Source of the DNA: an uncultured Chitinophaga sp.
GTDB lineage: Bacteria; Bacteroidota; Bacteroidia; UKL13-3
NCBI GenBank assembly: GCA_964355075.1
Contig: CAYHCF010000004.1
Location: 78,028-142,027 of the forward strand
DNA: 64,000 nucleotides
Reading direction: 5' to 3'
Shown: positions 26,062 to 35,443 of the stretch, piece after piece
How the letters are laid out: each line of letters begins with the position of its first letter
How positions within the stretch are numbered: the stretch's first letter is position 1
Notes under the pieces: generated by a model
What the model saw: only the letters and a program-made list of their open reading frames with translations
The model's database searches: none
Told to the model about the DNA's origin: nothing
Made by a program: the position numbers and the translations under genes

Positions 26062-28929
26062 ATGAAGAAATTCTCCATACTGATAATTTTGATTTTCATT
26101 CTTTTCAAGAACAACACTCTTGCGCAAAATCTGGCATCCATAAGCGGACGAATCATTGACAAAAAAGATCAGTCTGAATTAATTGGCGTTACGGTACTGA
26201 TAAAAGGAACTTCTTTTGGAACCGCAACAAACCCCGAAGGGCGGTTTTTGATTAAGAACATCAAACCCGGAGAGTACACGCTTGAAATAACTTATATCGG
26301 CTATAAAAAAATAATACAAACCGGTATAAAGCTGAAAGCCGGTGAATCAAAAGATCTGGGTAATTTTTTCATGTTGGAGGCAACCGCAAATATAGATGAG
26401 GTAGTGGTTTTGGGTAAAAAGCCTTTGATTGATATTGAAAAAGGACAGAGTGTAAATTCTATTGCTCAGGAAAATATAGAATTGGCGCCTGCCCGCCAGC
26501 TGCAGAAAATAATCAGTACCCAACCGGGTATCATTCAATCTCCTGCCGGAGTCAGTATCCGGGGAAGCCGTACGTATGAAACGGGTACTTATATTGATGG
26601 GGTTTCGGTAACCGATCCTTTGGGGGGAACCGGATTTGGATTGGATATTGGAGCCAATGCCATCAGTGATATTGAAATTACTACCGGTGGTATTGGAGCA
26701 GAAATAGGCGATGCAACCTCGGGCGTTGTTAGCACCAAAACCAGAACCGCAGGAAACAAGTTTGAATTTGCCGGTACTTATAAGAGAGATAATTTTGGTT
26801 TCAACAAAGATTGGATCAGTTCCTGGAACAGTCAGTTAATTGAACTAAATATCGGAACACCTATTTATAAAGAAAAACTCAACAGTCGTCTAAAAGTTAT
26901 GGTTTCACTCCGAGCCAGTTTTACCGATGAGTTTTATAAAAATCCGGCCAATCAGATTCAATCCTCTTTATTAAATGAAAAAGGGTTCAACCATACGGCC
27001 TGGACTCCTTATCAGGACAATCGTTGGAGTAGCTTTATAAAGTTGAGTTATAACTTTAAAAAGGGGAAACTTTTAACCGCAACCATGCTTAAAAGCATAA
27101 CCATTAATCAGGATATCAATATGCTCAGGGTTTTTGGGAATGATGCACCCTACCAGCCGGGGTTCCAATATGCTTTTAGTCAGCAAATGGATCATGCCAA
27201 TACTTTTACCCACGATGCCAATATGATTCTGTTAAATTTCAGACACTCGGTAAATAAACGCTTTAGTTATAATGCAACAGTTTCCCGATTTTTTGTTCAG
27301 TTAAGAGCGGATGCAAATGGAAGAGAATGGAGACCCACGAATGTAGATCAGATTTTTGATGCCAACTCAACCCATACTTTTCCCGTTACTATTTTCACCC
27401 CCACTGCTGGCGACAGTGTGGTTTTTATCAATCCTCCTTCGGGTTTTAATAATAATAACGGGGTTGCCAGTTTATGGCATCACCATTATTTAGAAGAGTA
27501 TGTTTGCAAAGCAACGGGTACCTTGTTCAGCAAAAACTCTTTGAACAAACTCGTTTTTGGGTTTGAAGCAAAATTTCAGGAGATGTTGTGGATTGATATT
27601 GTTCGACCCTGGATAGGAGCTCCTATTCAGTTGGCTGATGGAACCTATTCGCAAACCTTTCGTTTGGGGCAGCAAAGCGATATCTGGCAGGTAAATCCAC
27701 GGAGAGGCGGAATTTTTTTAACCGACCAAATAAAGTATAAGGGTTTGATTGCAAGTATTGGAGGAAGGTTTGAATATTGGGCTCCGGGAAAATATGTGGA
27801 TGAAGCGGTTGTGGATCCGCGGGCACCGATTCGCCAGGAAATCAGAGATGACTATTTGAAGAGTACAAGTAAAATTGGCGACCTCAGGTATAAATTCAGG
27901 TTTCTGCCTAAAATAAACGCCACCTTTCCGATTGCGGAAAATAAAATGCTTTATTTTAATTACGGACATACCACCATTTTGCCTCATCCCAGTTATATTT
28001 ATCCGGGGTTCAACCCAAATTACCAGGATCGTTCAACCCTCTCAAAAGTGGGTAACCCAAATCTCAATCCGGAAGTAGATATCAGTTATGAAATTGGATT
28101 GAAAAGCCAGTTAACCAGCAATGATGCCTTAACTTTTGCTGCATTTTTAAAAGACAAATATGATTTTGTGACTTCTACCTCGGTAATCATAAAAGATATT
28201 ACCGGACGCGAAATGATCAGAACCATGCGCATCAATTCTGATTATGCCCGCTCAAAAGGAGTTGAAATCAATTATATCAAACGCATTGGAAACTGGTATG
28301 TGGGTCAGGCCGCCTTTACTTATATGGTGAGTACGGGTCAAAGTGCCTCTGCAAATCAAGCTTTAAAGGATATTTTAGCAACCGGAAGTGTTGAAGATAC
28401 AAAAGAGTATTATTTGCCCTGGGATGTTCCCTACGATTTTAAAACGAACCATGTTTTTAAAATTGAAAGAAAAGGCGGATTGTTTGAAATGCCTTGGTTA
28501 AATAATTTTAGTTTCTATTTCGAAACCGTTTATCGCTCGGGAGTTCGATATACCCCTTATATTTTTGACCGGATTGAGCCTAATACCCAAAGACCTATTT
28601 ATGTAGAGAATACGAACCCTGATGCGCGTTGGAGTAAAAGAGGAACCCCTTGGTTCTGGGCCGATTTAACCATCAGTAAAGTATGGAAATTCAGAAATGT
28701 AAATTTAGGTGGAAATATTCAGGTAAGCAATATTTTCAATAATGTGAATGCTTCCATCATAAATCCGGTTACCGGCAGGGCATATAACCTTGGCGATAAC
28801 GTTCCTGATACCTGGGTGGATCCGAGATATATAGATCCCAGGCAGGGAACCAGCGGACCACCACCTACCAATCCGGCCCGGTTTCTGGAACAAAGGCATA
28901 TGATGCTTGGATTTAATGTAAAGTTTTAA
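26062..28929 (+). CDS. TonB-dependent receptor (CarboxypepD_reg-like N-terminal domain; no adjacent SusD-like gene)
   Basis: Signal peptide, then ISGRIIDKKDQSELIGVTVLIKGTSFGTATNPEGRFLIKNIKPGEYTL, a plug region and a long beta-barrel ending in a C-terminal Phe (GFNVKF). Confidence 0.9.
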   Translation: MKKFSILIILIFILFKNNTLAQNLASISGRIIDKKDQSELIGVTVLIKGTSFGTATNPEGRFLIKNIKPGEYTLEITYIGYKKIIQTGIKLKAGESKDLGNFFMLEATANIDEVVVLGKKPLIDIEKGQSVNSIAQENIELAPARQLQKIISTQPGIIQSPAGVSIRGSRTYETGTYIDGVSVTDPLGGTGFGLDIGANAISDIEITTGGIGAEIGDATSGVVSTKTRTAGNKFEFAGTYKRDNFGFNKDWISSWNSQLIELNIGTPIYKEKLNSRLKVMVSLRASFTDEFYKNPANQIQSSLLNEKGFNHTAWTPYQDNRWSSFIKLSYNFKKGKLLTATMLKSITINQDINMLRVFGNDAPYQPGFQYAFSQQMDHANTFTHDANMILLNFRHSVNKRFSYNATVSRFFVQLRADANGREWRPTNVDQIFDANSTHTFPVTIFTPTAGDSVVFINPPSGFNNNNGVASLWHHHYLEEYVCKATGTLFSKNSLNKLVFGFEAKFQEMLWIDIVRPWIGAPIQLADGTYSQTFRLGQQSDIWQVNPRRGGIFLTDQIKYKGLIASIGGRFEYWAPGKYVDEAVVDPRAPIRQEIRDDYLKSTSKIGDLRYKFRFLPKINATFPIAENKMLYFNYGHTTILPHPSYIYPGFNPNYQDRSTLSKVGNPNLNPEVDISYEIGLKSQLTSNDALTFAAFLKDKYDFVTSTSVIIKDITGREMIRTMRINSDYARSKGVEINYIKRIGNWYVGQAAFTYMVSTGQSASANQALKDILATGSVEDTKEYYLPWDVPYDFKTNHVFKIERKGGLFEMPWLNNFSFYFETVYRSGVRYTPYIFDRIEPNTQRPIYVENTNPDARWSKRGTPWFWADLTISKVWKFRNVNLGGNIQVSNIFNNVNASIINPVTGRAYNLGDNVPDTWVDPRYIDPRQGTSGPPPTNPARFLEQRHMMLGFNVKF

Positions 28930-29016
28930 CCATTGTTTCCACAACCATACTAATTTGATAAAGAACTACTTATTTTGCTTGTGCAATTTTGCTCCAAAAA
29001 CTATATCAATTACAAT

Positions 29017-30291
29017 ATGAAAAACATCTTTACGCTCCTGTTTCTGGCCATTTTTTATAATGGTTTTTCTCAAACCCTGTTTATGGATAATTTTAATTAT
29101 GGCACAAACGACAGTTTGATTGCCGTTACCTATAATAATGGATGGGTCCTCGCAAGTTCAACGGTGAACCCGCTCAGAGCCACAGCTACCGCGCTAACCT
29201 ATTCGGGTTATGTTGGTTCGGGTGTTGGTAGTGCCGTACCCATGGCAAATAACGGACAAGATGCCTGTAAAGATCTTAAGAATGCACAAACCTATACAAG
29301 TGGATCTGTTTATGCCTCCTGTTTGGTAAATGTTTCGGCAGCACAAGCAACCGGCGATTACGTTTTTGGGCTACTTCCTTCGGCATCCATTTCTCTTTAT
29401 TCGGCACGTACCTTTATTAAACTGTCATCAACCGGCTATTTTAAAGTTGCTATCATGAAGGGATCCACAACTTTAGAAACAACCAATTATTCTGTTGATT
29501 CATTTCCTCTGAGCACAACACTTTTATTTGTTGCAAAATATACTTTCTATTCAGGCACAACTGCCGACGACTCTCTTAAATTATATGTTTTCAGTTCAGG
29601 AATCCCTGCAACTGAGCCAGCTGTTGCAACCTGTGCTACCATTGGAGGAACCAATACGGATATGGCCAATGTTGGGCGTGTTTTCCTGAGACAAGGTTCT
29701 GCTTCCAACGCTCCTACCTTTGTTGTTGATGAAATCAGAATATCCAATACCTGGGCTAATGGCCCGCTGCCGGTTACCATTCATTCTTTTAAAGGAATAT
29801 TGAACAACAATTCTGTTGCTTTATTCTGGTCAACTTCCTCCGAAATGAATAACAGAGGTTTTGAAGTAGAAAGAAGCACGGATGGCAAAGAATTTGAAAC
29901 CATTGGTTTTGTAAAAGGTTCAGGAACCTCTAATAAAGTTATCAATTATTTATTTACTGATAACAATGCCAAGGCTCCAATCCTGTATTACCGGTTGAAA
30001 CAAATAGATTTTGATGGTAAAAACTCATATACAGATGTGCTCACCCTCAGCAATGATAAAATTGATATCGGCATTACTCCGAATCCATTTGTTGACGAAA
30101 TAAGCATCCGCTCTGAAAACGCTTCTCAGGAGATAACAGCTGAGCTATTCGACCTCAATGGCAGAAGCCAAAAGGTAGTTTCAGGTAATGGAAATGTAGT
30201 TATTTCTACTCAGGAACTGCTGAATGGGGTTTACTTTATTCGCATAAACAACGGCGATCGTGTTTTGGTAAAACGCATCCTAAAAAACTGA
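29017..30291 (+). CDS. T9SS-sorted protein sharing its N-terminal domain with ORF 22290-25784
   Basis: The ATG at 29017 gives the signal peptide MKNIFTLLFLAIFYNGFSQ. Residues 20-248 align with the 1164-aa protein. The type-A CTD reads ITPNPFVDEISI ... GVYFIRIN ... KRILKN. Confidence 0.8.
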   Translation: MKNIFTLLFLAIFYNGFSQTLFMDNFNYGTNDSLIAVTYNNGWVLASSTVNPLRATATALTYSGYVGSGVGSAVPMANNGQDACKDLKNAQTYTSGSVYASCLVNVSAAQATGDYVFGLLPSASISLYSARTFIKLSSTGYFKVAIMKGSTTLETTNYSVDSFPLSTTLLFVAKYTFYSGTTADDSLKLYVFSSGIPATEPAVATCATIGGTNTDMANVGRVFLRQGSASNAPTFVVDEIRISNTWANGPLPVTIHSFKGILNNNSVALFWSTSSEMNNRGFEVERSTDGKEFETIGFVKGSGTSNKVINYLFTDNNAKAPILYYRLKQIDFDGKNSYTDVLTLSNDKIDIGITPNPFVDEISIRSENASQEITAELFDLNGRSQKVVSGNGNVVISTQELLNGVYFIRINNGDRVLVKRILKN

Positions 30292-30720
30292 TCCCTTTTT
30301 TTGCAGCCTGAAAATTGTTGTTATCAAGCTTAAAGATAAATTAGATACATCGGAAACGGAATAACTTTTCAACCGATTTATTATTACACATTGGATGTCG
30401 GATGCCACGCAAATTGGATATTTGATTGTTTTATTATGCGTGTTCATGTTTACATTCTTAAACGGCTGAAAACGTATTATCGCAAAAATCGCTTTCTATT
30501 TACATTTGTTGAGAAATCAGCGTAGTGATCATTTCTCAGTTTCAAAACCATTTTTATTTACGTTTTCTATACATAAATTTATACATTTGAAATTGAAACT
30601 TATTTTGGCAGCAGTGACATTCAAGTGGTTCTGATTAGCGGCAGTTGTAGTATCAGAATGTTTGTGTGCTACCACACTGAAAATGGATTTACAATGAATT
30701 AAAAATAGGCATAAGAAGAA

Positions 30721-31890
30721 ATGTTATATCTGTCAGCCATCATTCTATCTGTCTTCCTTTCTTTTGTGCTTATCACAAAAAGAAATAAAACAAGTGCCGA
30801 TTATCTTCTGGTTACCTGGCTCTTTACAATAGGATTTAATTTGTTTTGCTACTACCTGTTTCTAAAGAACCAATTCATTAATTTTCCGTCAATAATTGTA
30901 TTCGGGTTTTCTATACCATTAGCCCATGGCCCATTTTTATATTTATACACCAGAAATCAAACCTCTCATTTTCCTTTTGCCAAAACCCAATTACTTCATT
31001 TTTTACCCCTTTTTTTATCTGTTATGCTTTTCCTGGACTTCCATCTTTTACCTTATGATCAAAAAGCAGATGTGATAATAAATAAAGGACAGGGTTATGA
31101 ATCAAGATTATTGATCAACATGTATTTCGTTTTTTTTTCGGGAATAATCTATGTTTTGCTGTCACTTTTCAGATTATTAAAATACCGGAAGAATTTAGTT
31201 TACCAGTTTTCCAATATAGAAAAGATCAATTTTAACTGGCTCCTGTATCTGATAATCTGGATGATGTTGATCTGGCTGATTGTTCTTTTCACCCGGAATG
31301 ATAAGCTGATCTATGGTTCTGTTTCTCTTTTCGTAATATGGATAGGATATTTCGGTGTGAAACAAGTTCAGGTTTTTAGTCAGATTAATGATCAACAAAA
31401 AAACAGAACTGCTTTATCTGACAATAATTTAGTACCAAAGAGCAACATTTCCAAAGCTGAAAATATTTCAATAAATGATTCACCTGTCGAGGATGAGGAT
31501 TTTGTTAATCAGAAATATCAGAAGTCTTCACTTACCAACCAGGATGTAACGGATATTTACGACAGGCTGAAACTTTTAATGTATGAAAAAAAACCATTCA
31601 CTAATCCTGATTTAACCTTGAATGAATTGGCACAAAGCCTGGATATTCATCCAAACTACTTATCACAAGTAATTAATTCTAAGGAACATAAGAACTTTTA
31701 TGATCTGGTTAACGAAAGACGCGTAGAAGAATTTAAAAAACTCGTCTCACAATCCTCAAATCAAAAATACACCCTGATGGCTATTGCTTACGATAGTGGA
31801 TTTAATTCAAAAGCTTCCTTTAATCGAAATTTTAAAAAATATACCGGACTTACTCCCACAGATTACCTGCAAAAGCAAGTAGAAAAATAA
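30721..31890 (+). CDS. membrane-anchored AraC/XylS family transcriptional regulator
   Basis: Multiple N-terminal TM helices. C-terminal AraC HTH pair (LNELAQSLDIHPNYLSQVIN ... IAYDSGFNSKASFNRNFKKYTGLTPTDY). Confidence 0.85.
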   Translation: MLYLSAIILSVFLSFVLITKRNKTSADYLLVTWLFTIGFNLFCYYLFLKNQFINFPSIIVFGFSIPLAHGPFLYLYTRNQTSHFPFAKTQLLHFLPLFLSVMLFLDFHLLPYDQKADVIINKGQGYESRLLINMYFVFFSGIIYVLLSLFRLLKYRKNLVYQFSNIEKINFNWLLYLIIWMMLIWLIVLFTRNDKLIYGSVSLFVIWIGYFGVKQVQVFSQINDQQKNRTALSDNNLVPKSNISKAENISINDSPVEDEDFVNQKYQKSSLTNQDVTDIYDRLKLLMYEKKPFTNPDLTLNELAQSLDIHPNYLSQVINSKEHKNFYDLVNERRVEEFKKLVSQSSNQKYTLMAIAYDSGFNSKASFNRNFKKYTGLTPTDYLQKQVEK

Positions 31891-31988
31891 CTTCACCGTT
31901 TCATTGCTCATAAAATTGATCTCATCGCTCATATAGCGCTGGCATTTAATTGTTTACGCACCTGTTATTTACTATTATCAACCTTCAT
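31853..31988. repeat. left copy of a ~136-bp imperfect direct repeat (partner at 34212-34347)
   Basis: Covers the last 12 codons and stop of the AraC gene plus ~98 bp downstream. The first ~60 bp are nearly identical to the partner. I count roughly 20 mismatches overall by eye. Confidence 0.8.
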
Positions 31989-32102
31989 GTTGGCCATTAG
32001 CGATTGCAAAATCCTATTGGTTTCCATAAATCCTGAAAAAATATTTTCAAATATTAGTTTCCATGTCATCTATTATAATTATATTTGCAGCGGGATAATA
32101 AA

Positions 32103-32360
32103 ATGAAAAGCATCGTATTCTTTTACACAATGAAAAATGAGCCGGAAATTATAAAAGGATTGGTTCCGGAACACATAAAATATTGGCACGACCTAGAATT
32201 AACTGGCTACAGGGGAGGTCCTTTTTCTGATCGTTTAGGCGGCCTAATTACATTTCTATCAGATGATATTGAATCTGCCAATAAGATTATTTATGATGAT
32301 CCTTTCGTAAAAGGGAAAGCATTATCAGATATGAAGATTAAGATTTGGATTGTAAACTGA
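32103..32360 (+). CDS. YciI-like protein (tentative)
   Basis: ~85 aa starting from the ATG at 32103. Pattern HIKYWHDL ... GGPF ... IIYDDPFVKG resembles the YciI/DGPF-type fold. Confidence 0.6.
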   Translation: MKSIVFFYTMKNEPEIIKGLVPEHIKYWHDLELTGYRGGPFSDRLGGLITFLSDDIESANKIIYDDPFVKGKALSDMKIKIWIVN

Positions 32361-32398
32361 TTAGAATAATATAAGTAAGATTGTTATTTAAAAATAAA

Positions 32399-33577
32399 AT
32401 GAACAATAGACAAAATATCCGATTTAGGAAAACCATACTATCAATCATAACACTACTCACAATTACGGTTGGTTGTACGTCCTACAAGCCATATAAAGCA
32501 AATGAGATTATAAGTGATAATAATAAATTACAAAATATTTTAGATTCGGCAGTTAATGAGTTTAAACTGCCAGGTCTTCAGGCAGGAATCGTTTTTCCCG
32601 ATGGCAAAATAATATTAGCTTCAAGTGGTACCGAAGATTTTGAACGCAAGAGGCCTTACATTACAAACCAGAACATTTTTCGAATTGGAAGTGCCACAAA
32701 AATGTTTGTTGCATCATTAATAGGTCGTCTTATGGAAAAAGGTCAGTTGTCGTATGATGACACCATTGATAAGTGGTTCCCTGATTTAACTTCAGCAAAT
32801 ACCATAACCATAAAGGAATTACTTAACCAGAATAGTGGTATAAAAGAAAATCTTTTTACGAATCCCTGGATTTTAACAAAATCTGTTCTATCAGATAATA
32901 AGCATTGGGATGCACAAGTTGTTGTAAATAAGATTATGAATAACATGAAAGTTACCCCTCCTGATCAGAGGTCTTTTGTTTATGCAAATAATAACTATTT
33001 ACTTTTAGGTCTAATTGCTGAAAAAGTTGGCAAGGATATAATTGCCAATCAACTGGAGAATGAATTTTTCAAACCACTTAAAATGAAAAACACCTATTTT
33101 CTCCCTTATTATAAACAATTGCCCGATGGACTTATTAGCGGTTATGATGAATATATCCCCTTTGGACCGCATGTTATCAGCCCATCAAATACATCATGGA
33201 GTACCTTAACTTTTTCTGCTGGTTCAATGGCTTCAACTTCAGAGGATTTATTGATTTGGTTGAATGCCTTTTTTCATAATAGCGTTCTAAAACCCGAAAC
33301 CCTGGAGGCTATGCGACTATATATAAATGCACGGGAAAATGGACGCGATAATAATATTGTTGGGTATGGTTTAGGATTGGCTCAATATGAACTTAATGGC
33401 TACAAAATGGAAGGGCATCCTGGTGGTGGATTTGGAGGAGAGTGTTTCCCGTTTTATTTTCCTGAAAAAGATGTATCTATTGTGGTTTCCTACAATTGGT
33501 CTAAAAAAGACAACCCTGCAGGGAAAATTCTTCTTAAAAGAATTATTGAACAAGTTATCAATATCCCCAATCCATAA
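32399..33577 (+). CDS. serine hydrolase, beta-lactamase/transpeptidase-like (class C-like)
   Basis: SxxK (GSATKMF), YxN (YANNNY) and HxG (GHPGGGFG) motifs, with a lipoprotein-like signal (TITVGC). ATG at 32399. Confidence 0.85.
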   Translation: MNNRQNIRFRKTILSIITLLTITVGCTSYKPYKANEIISDNNKLQNILDSAVNEFKLPGLQAGIVFPDGKIILASSGTEDFERKRPYITNQNIFRIGSATKMFVASLIGRLMEKGQLSYDDTIDKWFPDLTSANTITIKELLNQNSGIKENLFTNPWILTKSVLSDNKHWDAQVVVNKIMNNMKVTPPDQRSFVYANNNYLLLGLIAEKVGKDIIANQLENEFFKPLKMKNTYFLPYYKQLPDGLISGYDEYIPFGPHVISPSNTSWSTLTFSAGSMASTSEDLLIWLNAFFHNSVLKPETLEAMRLYINARENGRDNNIVGYGLGLAQYELNGYKMEGHPGGGFGGECFPFYFPEKDVSIVVSYNWSKKDNPAGKILLKRIIEQVINIPNP

Positions 33578-33624
33578 TTTATCTAAAACCCGTTGACTTA
33601 ACCTCAGCATTTGTATATTGCCAT

Positions 33625-34047
33625 ATGAAAAAAACACAAGCAAATATTGTTGTTGGATTATTGCGGATTGGAGCATTTCTGCAAAGAGAAGGAGATAGGA
33701 TTGTAAAGGTCTTTTATTTAAACCAACAACAATATGTAGTTTTAAATTTCATTTTTAGAAATCAACCTCTGAGTCAAAATGATATTTGTTCAAGATTATT
33801 GTACGAAAAGTCAAACGTTTCAAAGATTTTAAAAAAACTTGAGGATTTAAAATATGTAATGCAAAAACCATCAAATAAAGATAAACGATACATTGATATT
33901 ATTTGCACGGATAAAGGTGTTGAAGTAGTTAAACAAGGCAACATTTTATTTGATGATTATAATAATAAACTGTTGGGATTACTTTCCAAATCTGATATTA
34001 AAGTTGCCGAGAATTTTATTAATAACTTACAAAAAATAATAAAATGA
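33625..34047 (+). CDS. MarR family transcriptional regulator
   Basis: 140 aa with a winged HTH (LSQNDICSRLLYEKSNVSKILKKLEDLKYV ... DKRYIDI). Confidence 0.8.
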   Translation: MKKTQANIVVGLLRIGAFLQREGDRIVKVFYLNQQQYVVLNFIFRNQPLSQNDICSRLLYEKSNVSKILKKLEDLKYVMQKPSNKDKRYIDIICTDKGVEVVKQGNILFDDYNNKLLGLLSKSDIKVAENFINNLQKIIK

Positions 34048-34211
34048 AGAGCGATTTAAGAAAAATAGATTAAGATTTGGATGGTTGGAGATGTATGTAA
34101 TGTTATTGACACCAACCTCAACAAAGGCATGCAGGCAGGAATGTTTCTTGCTTTATCAAAATATTCCTAAAACATTTGTTGGAAATAAGGGCATGCCACA
34201 CCGCTGACTTC

Positions 34212-34347
34212 CTCCCACAGATTACCTGCAAATGCAATTAGAAAAATAACTTCACCGTTTCATTGCTCATATTATTGGTCTCATCGCTCATACTACGCTG
34301 ATTTTTAATTATTTACACAACGAATATTTACAGGTATCAACCTTCAT
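34212..34347. repeat. right copy of the ~136-bp direct repeat; includes a dead AraC 3' tail
   Basis: Encodes PTDYLQMQLEK-stop with no gene body upstream, followed by the same downstream sequence as at 31891-31988. Confidence 0.8.
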
Positions 34348-34421
34348 ACTGAGCCTTTGTACCCAAAAACTCAGGGTTATTTTGCAGCACAATTTCTAAA
34401 CAAAAACTTAAAATAAATAAA

Positions 34422-35429
34422 ATGAAAACTTTAAAAAAAATCATTATGCTGGTATTAGGCGTTACGGTTATTTTCGGTTGTTCAAAAGAGCGAATTACCG
34501 ACCCGGGAAAATTAGTTCCCAAAACTGCGGATCAGGATCTGCATATTCCATCCATTACTATAAACGGTGCCGTGTTACATTCAGAAGCCTTCGGTCATCC
34601 CGACAGTTCGATGATCGTCTGTATTCATGGCGGACCGGGAAACGACTACCGTTATATGTTAAATTGTAAAGACCTTGCTGATCATGGATACCGCGTAGTA
34701 TTTTACGACCAAAGAGGTTCAGGTCTTTCACAACGGTTCCCAAAAAAGTCGTATACTACTATGGGTCTTGGAGCAGTGGATATGATTAATGATGAATTGA
34801 CCGGTGTGATAGCACATTACAAAACCCATCCCGGCCAAAAAGTATTTCTCATGGGACATTCATGGGGAGCCATGTTGGCTACCGCATATGTATGCAGACA
34901 TCCAAATGAAATACAAGGTTTGGCAATAGGCGAACCCGGCGGATTGAAATGGGATGATGTTGTGGAATTTGTAAGTAAATCCCGGGCATTTAGTTTAAGC
35001 GGTGAGACCCTGAATGATGCTGTTTATTCGGACCAATTTATTACCGGTAAAGCAGACCAGCACGAAATATTAGATTATAAAATGGCTATGGCAGCCGGTA
35101 AGAATGAAATTACCGGAGATGATCTAACAGTTCCGGGAAGTTTTTGGAGAATGGGTTCGGTTATCAGCACAGCATTTTTTGAAATAGGTCAACAGTATAA
35201 ACCTGACTTCTCAGATGGTATCAACAGATTCAATGTTCCTGTTCTTTTTCTTTATAGTGAAAAAAACAAAGCATACCCTGATGAATGGGCACGAAAAATT
35301 TCTTCAGCATATAACAAGGTTGAACTATATAAAGTACCGGGAGTAGGTCATTCAGGCATTGTTTCTGATAAAAAAGCCTGGAAAGAAACCACCCTTCCAA
35401 AAATTCTCACCTATTTTAATTCAATTTAA
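34422..35429 (+). CDS. alpha/beta hydrolase, S33 prolyl-aminopeptidase-like lipoprotein
   Basis: HGGPG oxyanion motif (IHGGPGNDY), nucleophile elbow GHSWGA and a C-terminal GVGHSG. Lipoprotein signal (VIFGCS). Confidence 0.85.
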   Translation: MKTLKKIIMLVLGVTVIFGCSKERITDPGKLVPKTADQDLHIPSITINGAVLHSEAFGHPDSSMIVCIHGGPGNDYRYMLNCKDLADHGYRVVFYDQRGSGLSQRFPKKSYTTMGLGAVDMINDELTGVIAHYKTHPGQKVFLMGHSWGAMLATAYVCRHPNEIQGLAIGEPGGLKWDDVVEFVSKSRAFSLSGETLNDAVYSDQFITGKADQHEILDYKMAMAAGKNEITGDDLTVPGSFWRMGSVISTAFFEIGQQYKPDFSDGINRFNVPVLFLYSEKNKAYPDEWARKISSAYNKVELYKVPGVGHSGIVSDKKAWKETTLPKILTYFNSI

Positions 35430-35443
35430 TAAAATAAAATAAA

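Noticed and set aside
30292-30720. 429-bp gene-free gap upstream of the AraC gene, with short hairpins (tgagaaat/atttctca, ttctgat/atcagaa)
   Set aside because: I looked for a small RNA, a riboswitch or a gene remnant. No conserved riboswitch core, no terminator-like T-run after the hairpins and no translatable remnant could be recognised by eye.
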